Of a stretch of DNA of 64,000 nt, positions 38,852-51,950 are shown piece by piece (position 1 is the first letter of the stretch; each line of letters begins with the position of its first letter). Below the pieces are notes generated by a model, which saw only the letters and a program-made list of their open reading frames with translations, had not been told where the DNA came from and ran no database searches. The stretch is from assembly GCF_006345805.1 (NCBI RefSeq), contig NC_043008.1, positions 49,910,001 to 49,974,000 of the forward strand. The letters run 5' to 3'. A program made the translations under genes and the position numbers. The stretch comes from Octopus sinensis (Eukaryota).

Positions 38852-39566
38852 CATAATATATATATATATATATATAATATATATATAATATGTATATATT
38901 GTATATAGTATATATATATATATATATACTGTATATATATGTATATATTATATAATTCTTTTATTTGTTTCAGTCATTTGACTGCGGCCATGCTGGAGCA
39001 CCGCCTTCAGTCGAACATATCGACTCCAGAACTTATTCTTTGTAAGCGTAGTACTTATTCTATCGGTATCTTTTACCGAACCGCTAGTTTTCAGGGACGT
39101 AAACACACAAACATACACACACACACACATATGGATGGTTCAGTAGTTAGAGCATCGGGTTATCAATCATGCGGTAGTGAGATCGATTCCCGGGCTGGAC
39201 TGTGTGTTGTGTTCTTGAGTAAGACACTTTATTTCGCGTTGCTCCAATTCAGCTGTAGAAATGAGTTGCAATATCACTGGGGCCAAGCTGTATTAGCCCC
39301 TTTTTCTTTTCCCTTGTATGTATGTATGTATGTATGTATGTATGTATGTATGTATACACTTGTGTGTATGCGTTTATCCCCCCACCATTGCTTGACAACC
39401 GATGTTGGTGTGTTTACGTCCCCGTAACTAGCGGTCTGGAAAAGTAACCGATAGAATAAGTACTAGGCTTACAAAGAATAAATCTCTAAAGGCGGTGCTC
39501 TAGCATGGCCGCAGTCAAATGACGGAAACAAGTAAAAGAATAAAAAGAAGAATATATATATATATA

Positions 39567-39700
<134 letters not shown>

Positions 39701-39753
39701 ATATATATATTATATATATATATATATATGTATAATATATGTATATATATATG

Positions 39754-39810
<57 letters not shown>

Positions 39811-39823
39811 GTATATATATATG

Positions 39824-39854
<31 letters not shown>

Positions 39855-39912
39855 TATATATATATATATGTATATATGTATATATATGTATATATATATG
39901 TATATATATATG

Positions 39913-39963
<51 letters not shown>

Positions 39964-40610
39964 ATATATATAATATATATGTATATATATATATTATATA
40001 TGATATATATATATATGTATATGTATATATATATATGTATATATATATATGTATATATAATATATATATATGTATATATCTATAATATATATATGTATAT
40101 ATATATGTATATATTATGTATATATATATATTATATATATATATATTATATGTAAGATTATAAAACTTTATATATATAATATATGTTTATGTCCATATGT
40201 AAGTTCTTGCGCGCGCGCATGAGCGTGTGCATGTATGTTATGTTTCTCCTTTTAATTTAGAATAAACAATTAAAGTTATCTCTTCAATTGCGGATGACAA
40301 AGTAATTAGTCTCCGAAACGTCTAGATGTCCTCCGAGGTGAGTTACGGTAAATATTCCACATTACATTTTATCCGGTTTGTTTAAGAGTTCATTATGTTT
40401 TCCCCTTTGTTTAATTTGCATCAATGTACAGTGTATAAGTGTATAAGTGTACACATACAGCCATAAGCACTAACCAATTGCCCCATCAACAATTGGACGT
40501 GTTTGCACGCCTTCAAAACGTACAACGTAATACAAGATCGTTTTGTTGTTATTGTTGTTTGGTGGTGTTGTTAATCGTCTGTTTTTTTTTTATTTTTTAT
40601 ATTTTTTCAG

Positions 40611-41066
40611 CTGAAAGTTTCCGCAGAAAGATGCAACAAGACACCGAGACCAGCGGCTGTACGGCAGTGCCAAAACAACCCGTGTGGAAAATGGCTGGTG
40701 AAGGCGTGGGGCAGATGCAAACCAGAATGCGGCCAAGGAAGCAGAAGAAAGAGATTAGTCAAGTGTGTTAGCCCACATTTAGGAACGTCGATACCAGGAC
40801 GTTTCTGTCCCAAACCCAAACCTCACAGAACAGAATTATGTCAGGCACAGCATTGTCCCCCGAAATGGTACGTTTCCAAGTGGTCCAATAAGTGTTCTAG
40901 TAACTGCGGTTCAGGATTTACCACAAGGCAGGTGATTTGTGTTTCAAATGAAGGCAATTTACTGTCATCTTCACGCTGTGATCGTGAGAAAAAGCCCGAG
41001 TTCAAGACTCCATGCAGCAGCAGTCATCCTTGCGGAGGGATATGGTTCACCGGAGCGTGGAGTGAG
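40611..41066 (+). CDS. ADAMTS-like protein exon: TSP1 repeats 2 (end), 3, 4 and start of 5
   Basis: Acceptor attttttcag| and donor gag|gtaaga. 456 nt, phase 0/0. LKVSAERCNKTPRPAAVRQCQNNPCGKWLVKAWGRCKPECGQG...WYVSKWSNKCSSNCGSG...WFTGAWSE. Confidence 0.95.
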
Positions 41067-41712
41067 GTAAGAAGTTCGTTGCTTTTAATTTCAGTCTGAG
41101 AGAGTTAATATCTTAATAATAAACCATTACCTAACAAAGGAGGAACCTATAGACGGTCGTTTAGCTTGCTAGAAATAACAGGCAAAACCACACCAAATGC
41201 CTTAAAAGAGTAACAGAAGACATAAAGGACTATATGGTCGTAACAGAGTTAACATGGCGCCGAGCTAGCAGAAACGTTAACACGCCGGGCGAAATGCTTA
41301 GCAGTATTTCGTCTGCCGTTACGTTCTGAGTTCAAATTCCGCCAAGGTCGACTTTGCCTTTCATCCTTTTGGGGTCGATAAATTAAGTACCAGTTACGCA
41401 CTGGGGTCGATCTAATCGACTTAATGTCCTTGTTTGTCCCCTCTATGTTTAGCCCCTTGTGGGCAATAAAGAAATAACATGGCTGGAAATGTATTCTATT
41501 CTTCCTCAAGACCGTAGGATGCATGCATTTCTGCATCTTTGCGCGTTGTCAGCAATGAACACCAAGTCATCCTTCATAGACACCAAAAACAGGTTGTTTT
41601 CATATTAAGTCAGCAAATGATAAATTTATTGGGGTGCGCAAAGTTTTGACAAGCTGAAATTGATATAAGAACAACCTGTTTCTAATGGCTATGAAGTATG
41701 ACTAGGTACTTA

Positions 41713-41753
41713 TAGCTGATGACGTGCAACGTTGCAGAAACGCATGTGTCCTA
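41713..41753 (+). ncRNA. Minimal type I hammerhead ribozyme fold, intact CUGAUGA/GAAA core
   Basis: TAG-CTGATGA-CG-TGCAA-cg-TTGCA-GAA-ACGCATGTGT-C-CTA. GUC triplet, 3-bp stem I, near-palindromic helix III, 2-nt insert before stem II. Confidence 0.65.
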
Positions 41754-41942
41754 CTGCTTGATAACACCATTCATAGCGCAATGATGTATTTTTCACAAAC
41801 AGTGATCCCTCGACTATCGTGGGTATTACGTTCCAAAACATCTCACAGGAATAATTAAATTATAAAAATTATAAATACCTATTGGCCGCAGAAACCTGCA
41901 GGAGTCCACGATATAAATTTATATATATTAGCCAGAAAAACC

Positions 41943-42015
41943 TGCGATGTACTGAATGCGCGATGGGTGAACCACGATGTACTGAGGGAGCGATAGATGA
42001 ACCGCGATATGGCGA
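41943..42015. repeat. Imperfect 30-bp tandem repeat x2.5
   Basis: gcgatgtactgaatgcgcgatgggtgaacc / acgatgtactgagggagcgatagatgaacc / gcgatatggcgaggg. Confidence 0.75.
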
Positions 42016-42524
42016 GGGATTACTGTATATGGTCAATACGGAGAATTGTTTCTTTCGGGGCAATTTCTGCAGCACATGTCTTTCCATGTCCGAGTGCATA
42101 CGATATGTTAGATATGCTTGTACACGCCTATAGAGCATTCAACGTTACTTAGTATGTCTCTTAATGTGATTATGTGCGATAAGGAATGCCAGTTGTAACT
42201 GAGACGGAATACAGCAGACCACTAAACACAGGAGGAAGGAACCCTTGTTTGCAACAGTGCAAATTCGTGCGGGGACCTTTTTTGGCTCAGCAATAAGAGC
42301 ACCCAGAGGTTCCGAATGCAATCCCCATTAAAAGTGGTATTATAACAACATAAGGACATATAGGGGTCACTAATTAGATGGGTCCGGAACGGGCCGAAAC
42401 AATTGTTTGGCGGGATATCTTCCTCTGAAGATTTCTCGTGTTCGACCAGTAGCGAATTTTCACTTACTATTGCTTAAATGAATTTATGTTGGTAACGGAA
42501 TATTTCAATGTCTTTTGGTTCTAG

Positions 42525-42704
42525 TGTTCTGCTGATTGTGGTAAGGGACAACGGACCCGAGAGGTCGCTTGTCTCAAGAAGTTCGGCCTCAATTCACTAC
42601 ATGTTGTTTCCGAGGAGAATTGCCAAGACGAGAAGCCTGTTACTCAAGAAAACTGTGTTGTTTCTTCATGTGATACAGACTGGTTTCTCACGGAATGGAG
42701 CGAG
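42525..42704 (+). CDS. ADAMTS-like protein exon: TSP1 repeat 5
   Basis: Acceptor ttttggttctag| and donor gag|gtaaat. 180 nt, phase 0/0. CSADCGKGQRTREVACLKKFGLNSLHVVSEENCQDEKPVTQENCVVSSCDTDWFLTEWSE. Confidence 0.93.
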
Positions 42705-44519
42705 GTAAATATACAATCTTCAAATCTCTTCCCCCATCCCTGGTTCTTTCTCTTAATCTTTAGGCTCTCTCTCTCTCCTTCTCTCTCTCTCTCATACACA
42801 CACACATACACACACACGTACGCATACACACACACACTCGCACTTTGTTTCACTCTTCCTCAAGCTATAATTTTTTATTATGAACAAACTAAAAGTACTC
42901 AATTCCTAAGTAGAGCAAATATCTATTATTATAAATAATTACAGTTGGTCACACTCGGTTACTTCACAGTCTCATACCAGAACGGTAACCGTTGAATTCT
43001 CCAATATTAACGATTTTGGTTCAGCGCGTAGGTTTCGGGGTTAACATTATGTTCACATCCAAGAATATTCTGTGAACTTCTGGGTTTTTTTCTCCTTATC
43101 TCCACTCTTTTGCGTAATCAGGTGCCATTTGCCTGTGTCAGTTGAATAAATAAATCTTATTTTCTTTTAGACATTTCTTTGCTATCTCAGAGTCTTACTG
43201 CTTAAGTGGTTTGCAGTTGAAGTGTATCATACTTTTCAGCAGTACATTGATATTTTTTTCTTCTCTTTCAAATAGGTTGTCTCCTTTTTTTCGTACAAGC
43301 ATGTTCTTAATAAACATAGCTTCTCTGTGACTTACATACATACTCTGTATGAGTATATATGCAATAATGAAAGGTGAACACACACACACACACACATCTG
43401 ACAGATTCCCATACATGAGAAAAAGGCACGTTCTAAAGGAAATTTAGAATAGTTATACATACATTTACGTATTAAAGTCGTATATCCTTGATGGTCAGAA
43501 AGTTACCATTGGCCTCACACCTACCATTTGCACTCAGAAATATAGACAACTCATCAGACATTCTGGCCAGAAGCACATTGCCTTTTTACAGTGAAAAGGC
43601 TGTGTGGGCTTCCAGTCAGTATGTTCTATGTTGTCTGTATTGCCTAAAGAGGTTATGTACTTTCGGCCAGCATGATTGATGAGCCGTCTATATTGCTGAG
43701 AGCAATAGCAGACGCGAAACCAATACCAACTTTCTGACCGGTTATGACCATAATTAAGGATATACTACTCGAATACACTCACACACGTATATGTGTTGTA
43801 TGTGTCTATATATACATATGTACGTATGTATATATGTATAGGTGTATACATATATATATATAAATATATATCTATATATATATATATATATGTGTGTAAG
43901 TATATGTGTAAATATATGTGTATGTGTGTGTTTACGGAAAATAGGACATTGAGAAACGCCCCTGTTTATTTTCTCTTTTTCTTCCTTCCCTTTGGACCAT
44001 CGTTTCAAAAGTCTTTCATGTCATGGAAGTAGTCATACACATCGAAACGCCCCTGTGTTGAAGAGACACAGGCTAGGAGAGAGAAAGAGTTTGGCAAGCT
44101 TCATTGAAACGGATTCTTCTGATTTACTTTTGTACATGGGTGAGAAGGAACATGTCTAATCACTTTTGTATCATAAATTCAGATCCCGTAATAGAAACAG
44201 CTCCGTAATATAAACATTACCAATATCACATAGTTGACGCACGTGAGTTTTTCAAATGTCAGAAAGCTGCAGTTTTTCGTCTAGGAAAAATCTCATTGAA
44301 GACGTGTAGTGTTAAAATACGCACTACACTTTAGAGCTAGGTGAAACGATATCACCCCGATATGTATAACGAGAGCAGCAGATACGTATTTCGCTGTGTT
44401 TGCAGCTTATCAATGCCACTGACTTATTCACTTCCAAAACGAAATCGAAATGTCTACGTGATGGTGTTCAACTGGTAATTTATTTTATCAACTCTGAAAG
44501 GATGAAAGACAATGTCGAA

Positions 44520-44725
44520 CCTGGAGAACTTAAAAGGTAACTAGCTGAGACTGTGGAAGACGAAGATGACAATTATTCCTGTGGTAGCCAATGCATTTGG
44601 CACAACACCGAAACTTCTGCCTCCAAGACTAAAATATATTGGACACTGTGACTGAATGTCAACCAGAAGAAAAATACAATCCTGCAACAATCCTAAGAAA
44701 GATTCTTAATATTTGAGAAGACTTA
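44520..44725 (+). mobile_element. Decayed R4/Dong-type LINE C-terminal fragment
   Basis: Remnants resembling IIPVVxxAxG...ILRKIL. Confidence 0.5.
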
Positions 44726-45565
44726 TTGTCCCCCCCCACACACACACACACACATCAATGCCCAATATAAATAATATGGATATACGGCTTCGAGAATTTA
44801 AAGATACACTCATGGAAAGATATTTGTTGATGTGCATATTATCCACAGTTCATAATAGATGATGGGGTACAATGAGCCAAGACAATTGACGCCCGGATTC
44901 TAAGACAGGTGAAACAAAATAAAATATCCGAATTGAAAATGTTGCTCTATATTGCTCTTCGCAATTACAGAAACAATAAAGCCTGTAATGCTATTTTTCA
45001 AATATACCAATGTTGGGAAATGACACCAGGATGAATTGGGCTTTACAAACACACACCAGACTAAAAGTTAAAGGATGACCAAAATCATTAAAGAAAATGT
45101 CAACACTTATATACAATGACAACAAAGTCAATAGTTAAAAAATGTAGAGGATAAAAGTGTGGGAATATACTTTATATTGTCCGAAAGATCAGAATTCCAT
45201 TTTAAACAAAGACAATATTTTAAGGTAAACAATAATTAAACTTGGGCATCTGAAAACCTGATTTAATAAATTATATATTCAAGATGTGAAGAGAATTATA
45301 CAAAACACAATTGACAGATTACAAGAAAACGAATGACACTATGACACTACACTGAGAGCAAATTAGATTTCCTGCTTGCAAATATCTTTTAGAGAAACAT
45401 AATAGATTCAACATGCATGTAATCACCAATTCAATTTTTTTTTCTTCTTTATAGCAGTGTACAGATGGGAAATCTGGACACCAGTGGATCAATGAGGAAT
45501 TCTATTCACTGGAAAATATTGACCACTTAATTATGTATAATTAATGTGTTAGCAATTGATTTATT

Positions 45566-46125
45566 ATTATTATTGAGTGAGAGAGAACAGTGCATGCCAT
45601 CAAAGTGACACTGTGGTACAACTATACAAAGTCCAGTACACCCATCGTGACTACCCGTCTGATAAGGGTACACCAGGCATATGTGCGGGACAAGGTGATC
45701 TCATATCAAGATAAACAGCACATGACCTTGCAGATGGGCCCAGTGAGAATTTTCTTCAGGTCGAATAGCCCATCCAGTTCAAAAGGTCCCTGAATAAGGG
45801 TTGTTTAAGGATGTTGAATGAAACACCTATGTGTTGAGAGGTGAATTATTCAAACTCCAAAGAATTCCTCTCAACACATGGCTATGATGTTCCCCAACTA
45901 CTTCTGCTCGTGATCAGAGATACCCATATCGTCAGCCACCAAGGGACATGCTCAACATGGTTAATGTCAAGCAACTGACAAGCAAATCTGTGGTATTGAG
46001 CAGAATATTTGCTGTAGTCTATCTTTTATACCAAGACAAAACATGCACCTGATAACACTTCCAATCAGTTAAGATCAGAAGCCATGAGAGCCACTGCCTG
46101 GTACTGCATTAGGGCATTTATTATT
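45566..46125. mobile_element. Non-coding interspersed element of about 560 bp flanked by (TTA/TAA)n
   Basis: Colinear reverse-complement copy at about 63245-63815. Both copies are bounded by TAA repeats. Confidence 0.85.
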
Positions 46126-46357
46126 ATTTTTATTATTATTATTATTATTATAAAACACAAAATGTTTTATTTATTATCACTCCAGTTACTATTAACATTG
46201 AGTTAAGAATTCATAGCATCACTAAGCATAAAACAATGATTAACTTTTAAAAGTGAAACCGGTATAAAAATGGAATGGCGTTTAATAGTGAATATATTAT
46301 GTCAGTGCATTTCCTTCCTTGTATGTATATATATATGTCTATATCTCTGAATTGTAG

Positions 46358-46504
46358 TGCAGTTCAACTTGCGGAGAAGGACAGCAAACCAGACAAGTAA
46401 AATGTTTCAATAAAAATTTAAACCGTCAACCAACTGTACTGAAATGCCACCCAAAACCAAGAAATGTAATCTTCACAGCTGCCGGGTGCCCTCGACCAAA
46501 ATTG
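46358..46504 (+). CDS. ADAMTS-like protein exon: TSP1 repeat 6, with an apparent 1-nt deletion near 46417-46423
   Basis: Acceptor ctgaattgtag| and donor ttg|gtaagt. Frame 0 gives CSSTCGEGQQTRQVKCFNKNL. The rest of the TSP1 pattern (PSTNCTEMPPKTKKCNLHSC) is in the -1 frame, which also supplies the phase 1 required by the last exon. Confidence 0.9.
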
Positions 46505-48059
46505 GTAAGTATTGATTTATAGATTGGTTGGTTGCCTGATTTATGGTTTATGTTGTTGCTTTTCAATGTTTAGTTCAGTATTGTAATGAACCACATATGA
46601 AGATTTGTCATTATTCATCCATCCATCCATCCGTATATACATCTAGACATATAAACTGATATTTCACAAGGTATAAAACAGAGAAACAGTCAGAGTATCA
46701 CACAAGGAGTCTGCACTTGAAACTTGGATGCCGGTACTGTCTGCCGCTGAACAAGAATGGGAAACCATTGCTACTTATAGATGTGTTACGAAGTGAATAA
46801 GGCATGCATTGATCATGCATCGCATTTGCACTGGAGGGGTATCCATGATAAAAACCATGGAACATGAACATACCGAATCACTTGTGTAATTAAACGAACG
46901 ATCGCAATTAAAATTGGAGAATCTTTGCCAATGCTTACATTAAACATTTGGAAAGTTTTTGTGCCAACAAAATATAGCAAATCATCTCAATATAACAATG
47001 ATTTCATTGAAGTGTATTCACAGCTAGAGTCACTGTGTTTTATATTTCCATAAAAAGATGATTGCCACAAGAAATTCATCAAAGATGCTGTGGTATTTGT
47101 TCAACAAATGTTGCCAATCAAAATTTAACTGTAATTTATTATTTCTTAGATAAAGCATTGAAACATGGTTTCATAGTGTTGTCTAATATGGAAAAAAAAA
47201 CAATTTAATTTGCTCTGAGATAATTTTAACTTGAAGAGATGTAGGTGATTTTTTTTAAATTGAAGCAGGCAAATTCTAAAGCTTTACTTACCAAAAGTGG
47301 TATCATTGAGACATAATAATTGGTAATATCAAACTGTGAATAAACTTGATATCTCGTTTATTTGGGATCACATAAACCAATTCATTAGAGAGTATAATTT
47401 ATCACAGTCCTAATTGTACTCTCTCCTTAATGATGGGTAGAATCTTAATCTAAAGTAATTTTACTTAAAAGCCCTATTTCTGATTTGCTTGGATTTATCA
47501 CTCCATTTGGGAATTTTATTTTAAATAAAGTTTTCATGACATTTCAAAAATTGAAATTCAAGATGTCAATTCTTGTCTTGAACACAAATTTTAGTTGTCA
47601 TTGTTTCTAATTTGGTTCAGAGCATTCCATTACCTTTAATATAAAAGTTTTGATTTATTGAAACATTTGAACAAATGTATGATGTGTAATCTTTAATAAT
47701 TAAATATATCTTCTCCATTATTATGTACTAAGTCCTTTGAGTTCTCAGAATAGTTTCATATACAACAAATGCTCTTTAAAGTAATAATTCTTTCTAATAA
47801 AGTCACAAGGCCTGACATTTGAAGGAAGAGGCTAGTACTCAAATGGTACTTATTTCAGCAAATCTCATGTCAGGTGAAGTCGACCTCGGCAGAATTTGAA
47901 CTCAGAACATAAAGATGGACGAAATGCCCCTAAGAATTTTGGCCAGGTCACCACCTTCCCCTTTAAAGTAATTATAAATAGAAATATAAGTTTCCTTTTA
48001 AAATTATGATAAATATTAATATATTGTTTTGACTATGATTTTTTTTTTCGTCCTTTCAG

Positions 48060-48190
48060 ATCACTCTTGTATTGACAGATATGGACATAAAAACTGCCAG
48101 CTTGTGATGAGAGCCCGCTTATGTAACAACCCTGTCTATAAACAGAAGTGCTGTGTCACATGTTCACAACAGAACTCTTCGCTCCACTGA
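48060..48190 (+). CDS. ADAMTS-like protein last exon: PLAC domain and stop
   Basis: Acceptor ttttcgtcctttcag|, phase 1. xHSCIDRYGHKNCQLVMRARLCNNPVYKQKCCVTCSQQNSSLH* has the six-Cys PLAC pattern. Confidence 0.93.
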
Positions 48191-48380
48191 AACCATCAAC
48201 AGCCTCCTCTCTTCAAGGCATACACACACTTATCTAAATTCACAAACGTCACTGTATAACTTTTATCGACACAGACCACAATCAATTTCCTGGGTCTCAG
48301 TTTTATTTTAACCCAATTATAACATGGCAAAAGATGTTAATATTACACACAGACTGTCATAATACACCATGGTTAATGCT

Positions 48381-48386
48381 AATAAA
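48381..48386 (+). promoter_or_regulatory. Candidate polyadenylation signal of the ADAMTS-like gene
   Basis: First AATAAA after the stop. Others occur at 48584 and beyond, so the site used is unknown. Confidence 0.25.
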
Positions 48387-49057
48387 CTCGTTCAAAAGAA
48401 AACAAAAATATTATTTTCTAGGGTACCACAAGCATCACTAATGAATTTAATATTAATTTAGATATATCTCTTCAGCAAACTTCACTTATTCTCATTCTAA
48501 TGAATCAGTCATTAAAAAATGACAACATAACGACTTTGAGGGAATGTGAAATAATTCTATTTTGGAACAGTGGACTCAAAGCAAATAAAGCTATAAATAA
48601 TAAATATTGGGTTTAAAACGCTTTGGATAATAAAAGTTGAAAGCTGTTCATAGGACATGAACTGATATCTCCTATAAACATGACAACCTGTAGACTTGTG
48701 TCCCATGAACAGCCTTTGACTTTTTCTATCCAAAGGGTCTTTAAGTCAATATTTATAAGCTATTATTCATAGATTTAGTTGTTTCAAGACACACAGTTTC
48801 AAAATGAAATAAGTAATAAGCTATAATAATAATAATAATTCTTTTAGATTTTAGCACAAGGCTAGTAATTTTGAGGGGAGGGGGCAAGTCGACTACATCG
48901 ACCCTGGTACTGTATTTTATTGACTCTGAAAGAATGAAAGGCAAAACTACCCTTGGTGGGATTCGAACTGAGGAGAGAAGAAAAAATAAAACCCCAACAG
49001 AAATGCCGCTAAGCATTTTTGTCCAAAGCGCTAATGATTCCGCTAGCTCACCATCTA

Positions 49058-49092
<35 letters not shown>

Positions 49093-50059
49093 TAATAATA
49101 ATGATAATGATAATTGTAATAGTAGTAGTAGAAAGAAAACATAGATGTTAATTTAAAGAGATTTTTATGGAAGAAAGAAATAAAAAGCCATTTTTGGAAC
49201 TAACCAAGAACTGAATAGAAGACAATGATTGCAGACATTCTTGCTATAGCATTTTGGTGACATTCAAAAAAAAAGTTTAGACTATCAAATGTTTAATGTA
49301 AATATATTATTGTGATATTAATAAAGACGCCTGTTCATTTAAACAATGTTGTTGTGATTGTGGTTGTATTTTTAGGTCAACCCTGAATATACAGATTTAT
49401 GGTATGAAGCTAATTGGTTATTTCCAGGTGATAGGGGCCAGTCCATTACCTGATTTAACACTGCTGTCTGACCCTTGGGTAGGGTAGCCTGCAGCAAGAG
49501 TTTGAACCATGTTTCTAGTACTGAGGACAATATGATCTCTGTGTGTTGCTCTCTACTGTAGCAACCTACAAGTTTTAATTTCTTTGTCTCCTTCCTCTCC
49601 CCCTTCAAGAAGCCCTGAAAGGGGCTACGGGCACTGCTGCTCCTCCTCCTCCTTCTTTGAGCAAGACAAACCATAAAAAGGGAAAATGCAGTCTATTCCA
49701 GAAAGGGAACAGAAAAACTTCACAATTAGGAAGGGATGGAGGGGGGAGTGGTGGTAAGAGTAAAGGGGCCAGAAAGGGTTAAGATTTAAGATTCGCACAA
49801 AACTCAACAGTTATGGTTCCAGTGGGGTAGAGGTGGGAGTGGAAGTAAACTCTAGGCAAGGGAGACAATGCAGTTTTTGAGTCGATGAGGTAATGGCCAA
49901 AAAAAGCTATAGGTTTTATAATTCATATTATCTAGTCATTGGGTCGATTGTAGTTTCTAGCTATGTACAACATGCTTATTCCCCTGTGATTATTACATAC
50001 ACCCTTCCTCCCCTTGTTTTTTATAAGTGTATTATAGATGCATCTGTTGTGGAACAGAT

Positions 50060-51950
50060 CCAGTTTCCCCAGATCAAACAGATCAATTTGCACAGCTTTC
50101 TTACAAATTGTTTATCCCCATACCTTTATACCTCTATGGCAATACCATCTTGTCCAGGAGCTTTAAACAATGGAAAGCTTTTTTAATAGCAGTACTTATC
50201 TCTTCCAAAGAAGGATCCCATTAGTCCCTCAGTTATAGGCCTCTGAAGGATTTCATTGATCACTTCAGGATTAGTAGTGGATTCTTGATTTAATACAGAT
50301 TTAAAGGTCAGCCCATCTGTTCAGAATTTCATCTTTGCTATTTAAAAGTTTTAACCCATTGTTAGAAAGAATAGGTCCTATGCCACCCTTTTTTGGACCA
50401 AAAACACCTTTCAGATTGCCATTCAATGGTCTCAAGTTGTGCAAGTTAACACCCTCTTCCAATTCTTGGGCATTTTTTGCCCATCAAAAATTTTCCATCT
50501 CCTACAGTTTTTTTTCTGAGTAGTTTTCTTAAAGGAGATATATAGGGATCTGAGTGATGGTGTGTATTTGTTTCTGATCTCTGCCTTGTGTCTTTTGTGC
50601 ATAATTTCTAAGAGAGGTTTGATTTGAGAATCATTCTCATCAAACCAATTCTAGGATTTGCCAAATCCTAGAACTTCTTCAGCAGATGATTTGATGCTGT
50701 CACAAATATTTTGCCACAAAACATCAGGATCGTAGCTTTCCTCTACATTCTCTCAAGCTTTGAATTTAAATGTATTTCAAAATTTCTTGTTGTTTTTGGA
50801 TTTTTTTTAAAGAAGACACATTTATTCTCAGAGGTATAGTGGATCTCAGTGGCCTTTTTGCATTTGGTTTAACAAACACCTTACTGCAAACCATTCTGTA
50901 ATCCAAGTAATGCTCAGGTGTTTTGTGAGCTCTGGTTAATCTGAAATCACTGCAACCTTTGCTCTTCATGATGGTATAGTCAAGCATGCACCAGTTGCCA
51001 GACCAGTGATGCTTCTAGGTGTTTTTATATTTATCTGTCTGCTGAAATACCGTATTTCTGATTGTTAGACCAAACAGTTAACAAAAGAACAGCACCCAAA
51101 AGGACTGCTTTCATTCATCGTTCCTGTTCCATGCTTTCCTATTACTCTTGACCAAGCTGTGAGTTTGTTTTCTATTCTGTCGTTAAAATCACCCATCAGT
51201 ATGACTGTCATAAAATGGAATTTTACTGACAACTTGGAATAGAAGAAGTTGTGTTTTTGTTCAGATGCTGTAAAGTAGGTGCATATGTACTGATAATGTG
51301 CATAGTTGAGGAATTACGTTTGGGTGTATGGAATGTCATGAGACACTCATCAACAGCTTGAAAGATGGATGGCAACTTGCAAAGTAGAATCAATTTAATT
51401 GCAAAGCCAAAATCACGAATTCTTGGTTCATCTGCCAGCTTTCTGCTGAAAAAATTGTGAAGCCATTTCCAACTTCTAATTCATCAATGTCTGCAAGCCT
51501 GGTTTCACTAAGAACAACAATATCAATATCATAGGAGCTGATTACTTTTGCAATTAGTGCTGTTTTCCATTCCAGACCATCTTTGCTGTCTTGTAAAGTT
51601 CCTACATTTCAACAGCCAAAGATCAGCACATTTCTTTTATTTTTCTTATCTTTATCTCAACTGCAACAAACTGGATGGCTAGACATCTGCAGTCAATGGC
51701 AATCTTATTGAAGGCAACACTTTTTTTAAGGCTCCTTTTGTCATCCCCACCTCCAATATCAAGGAGAAGCAGTGTTACAACTAGACAGGACTGCTTGCCA
51801 CACAAGGGAGGACACAAATCTTGTGGGTACTTTTGGATTCTATGAAGTGATGGCCATCACCCTTTGTGCTGCCTGTGTGTGAGACTCCAGCTAGAAACTT
51901 CCAGCAACACCCTTTGCCTGTTCCCATCACCATTGGACTTCCAACTTGCC
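50060..51950 (-). mobile_element. Decayed RTE-type LINE, 5' part (endonuclease and start of RT)
   Basis: Minus-strand remnants NVGTLQD...TALIAKVISSYDIDIVVLSETRLAD, GPILSNNG and KAPGQDGIAIE. Many stops and frameshifts. Confidence 0.85.

Noticed and set aside
39131-39200. tRNA-like sequences here and at other A/B-box sites
   Set aside because: No full cloverleaf could be built, and each continues into a SINE body.
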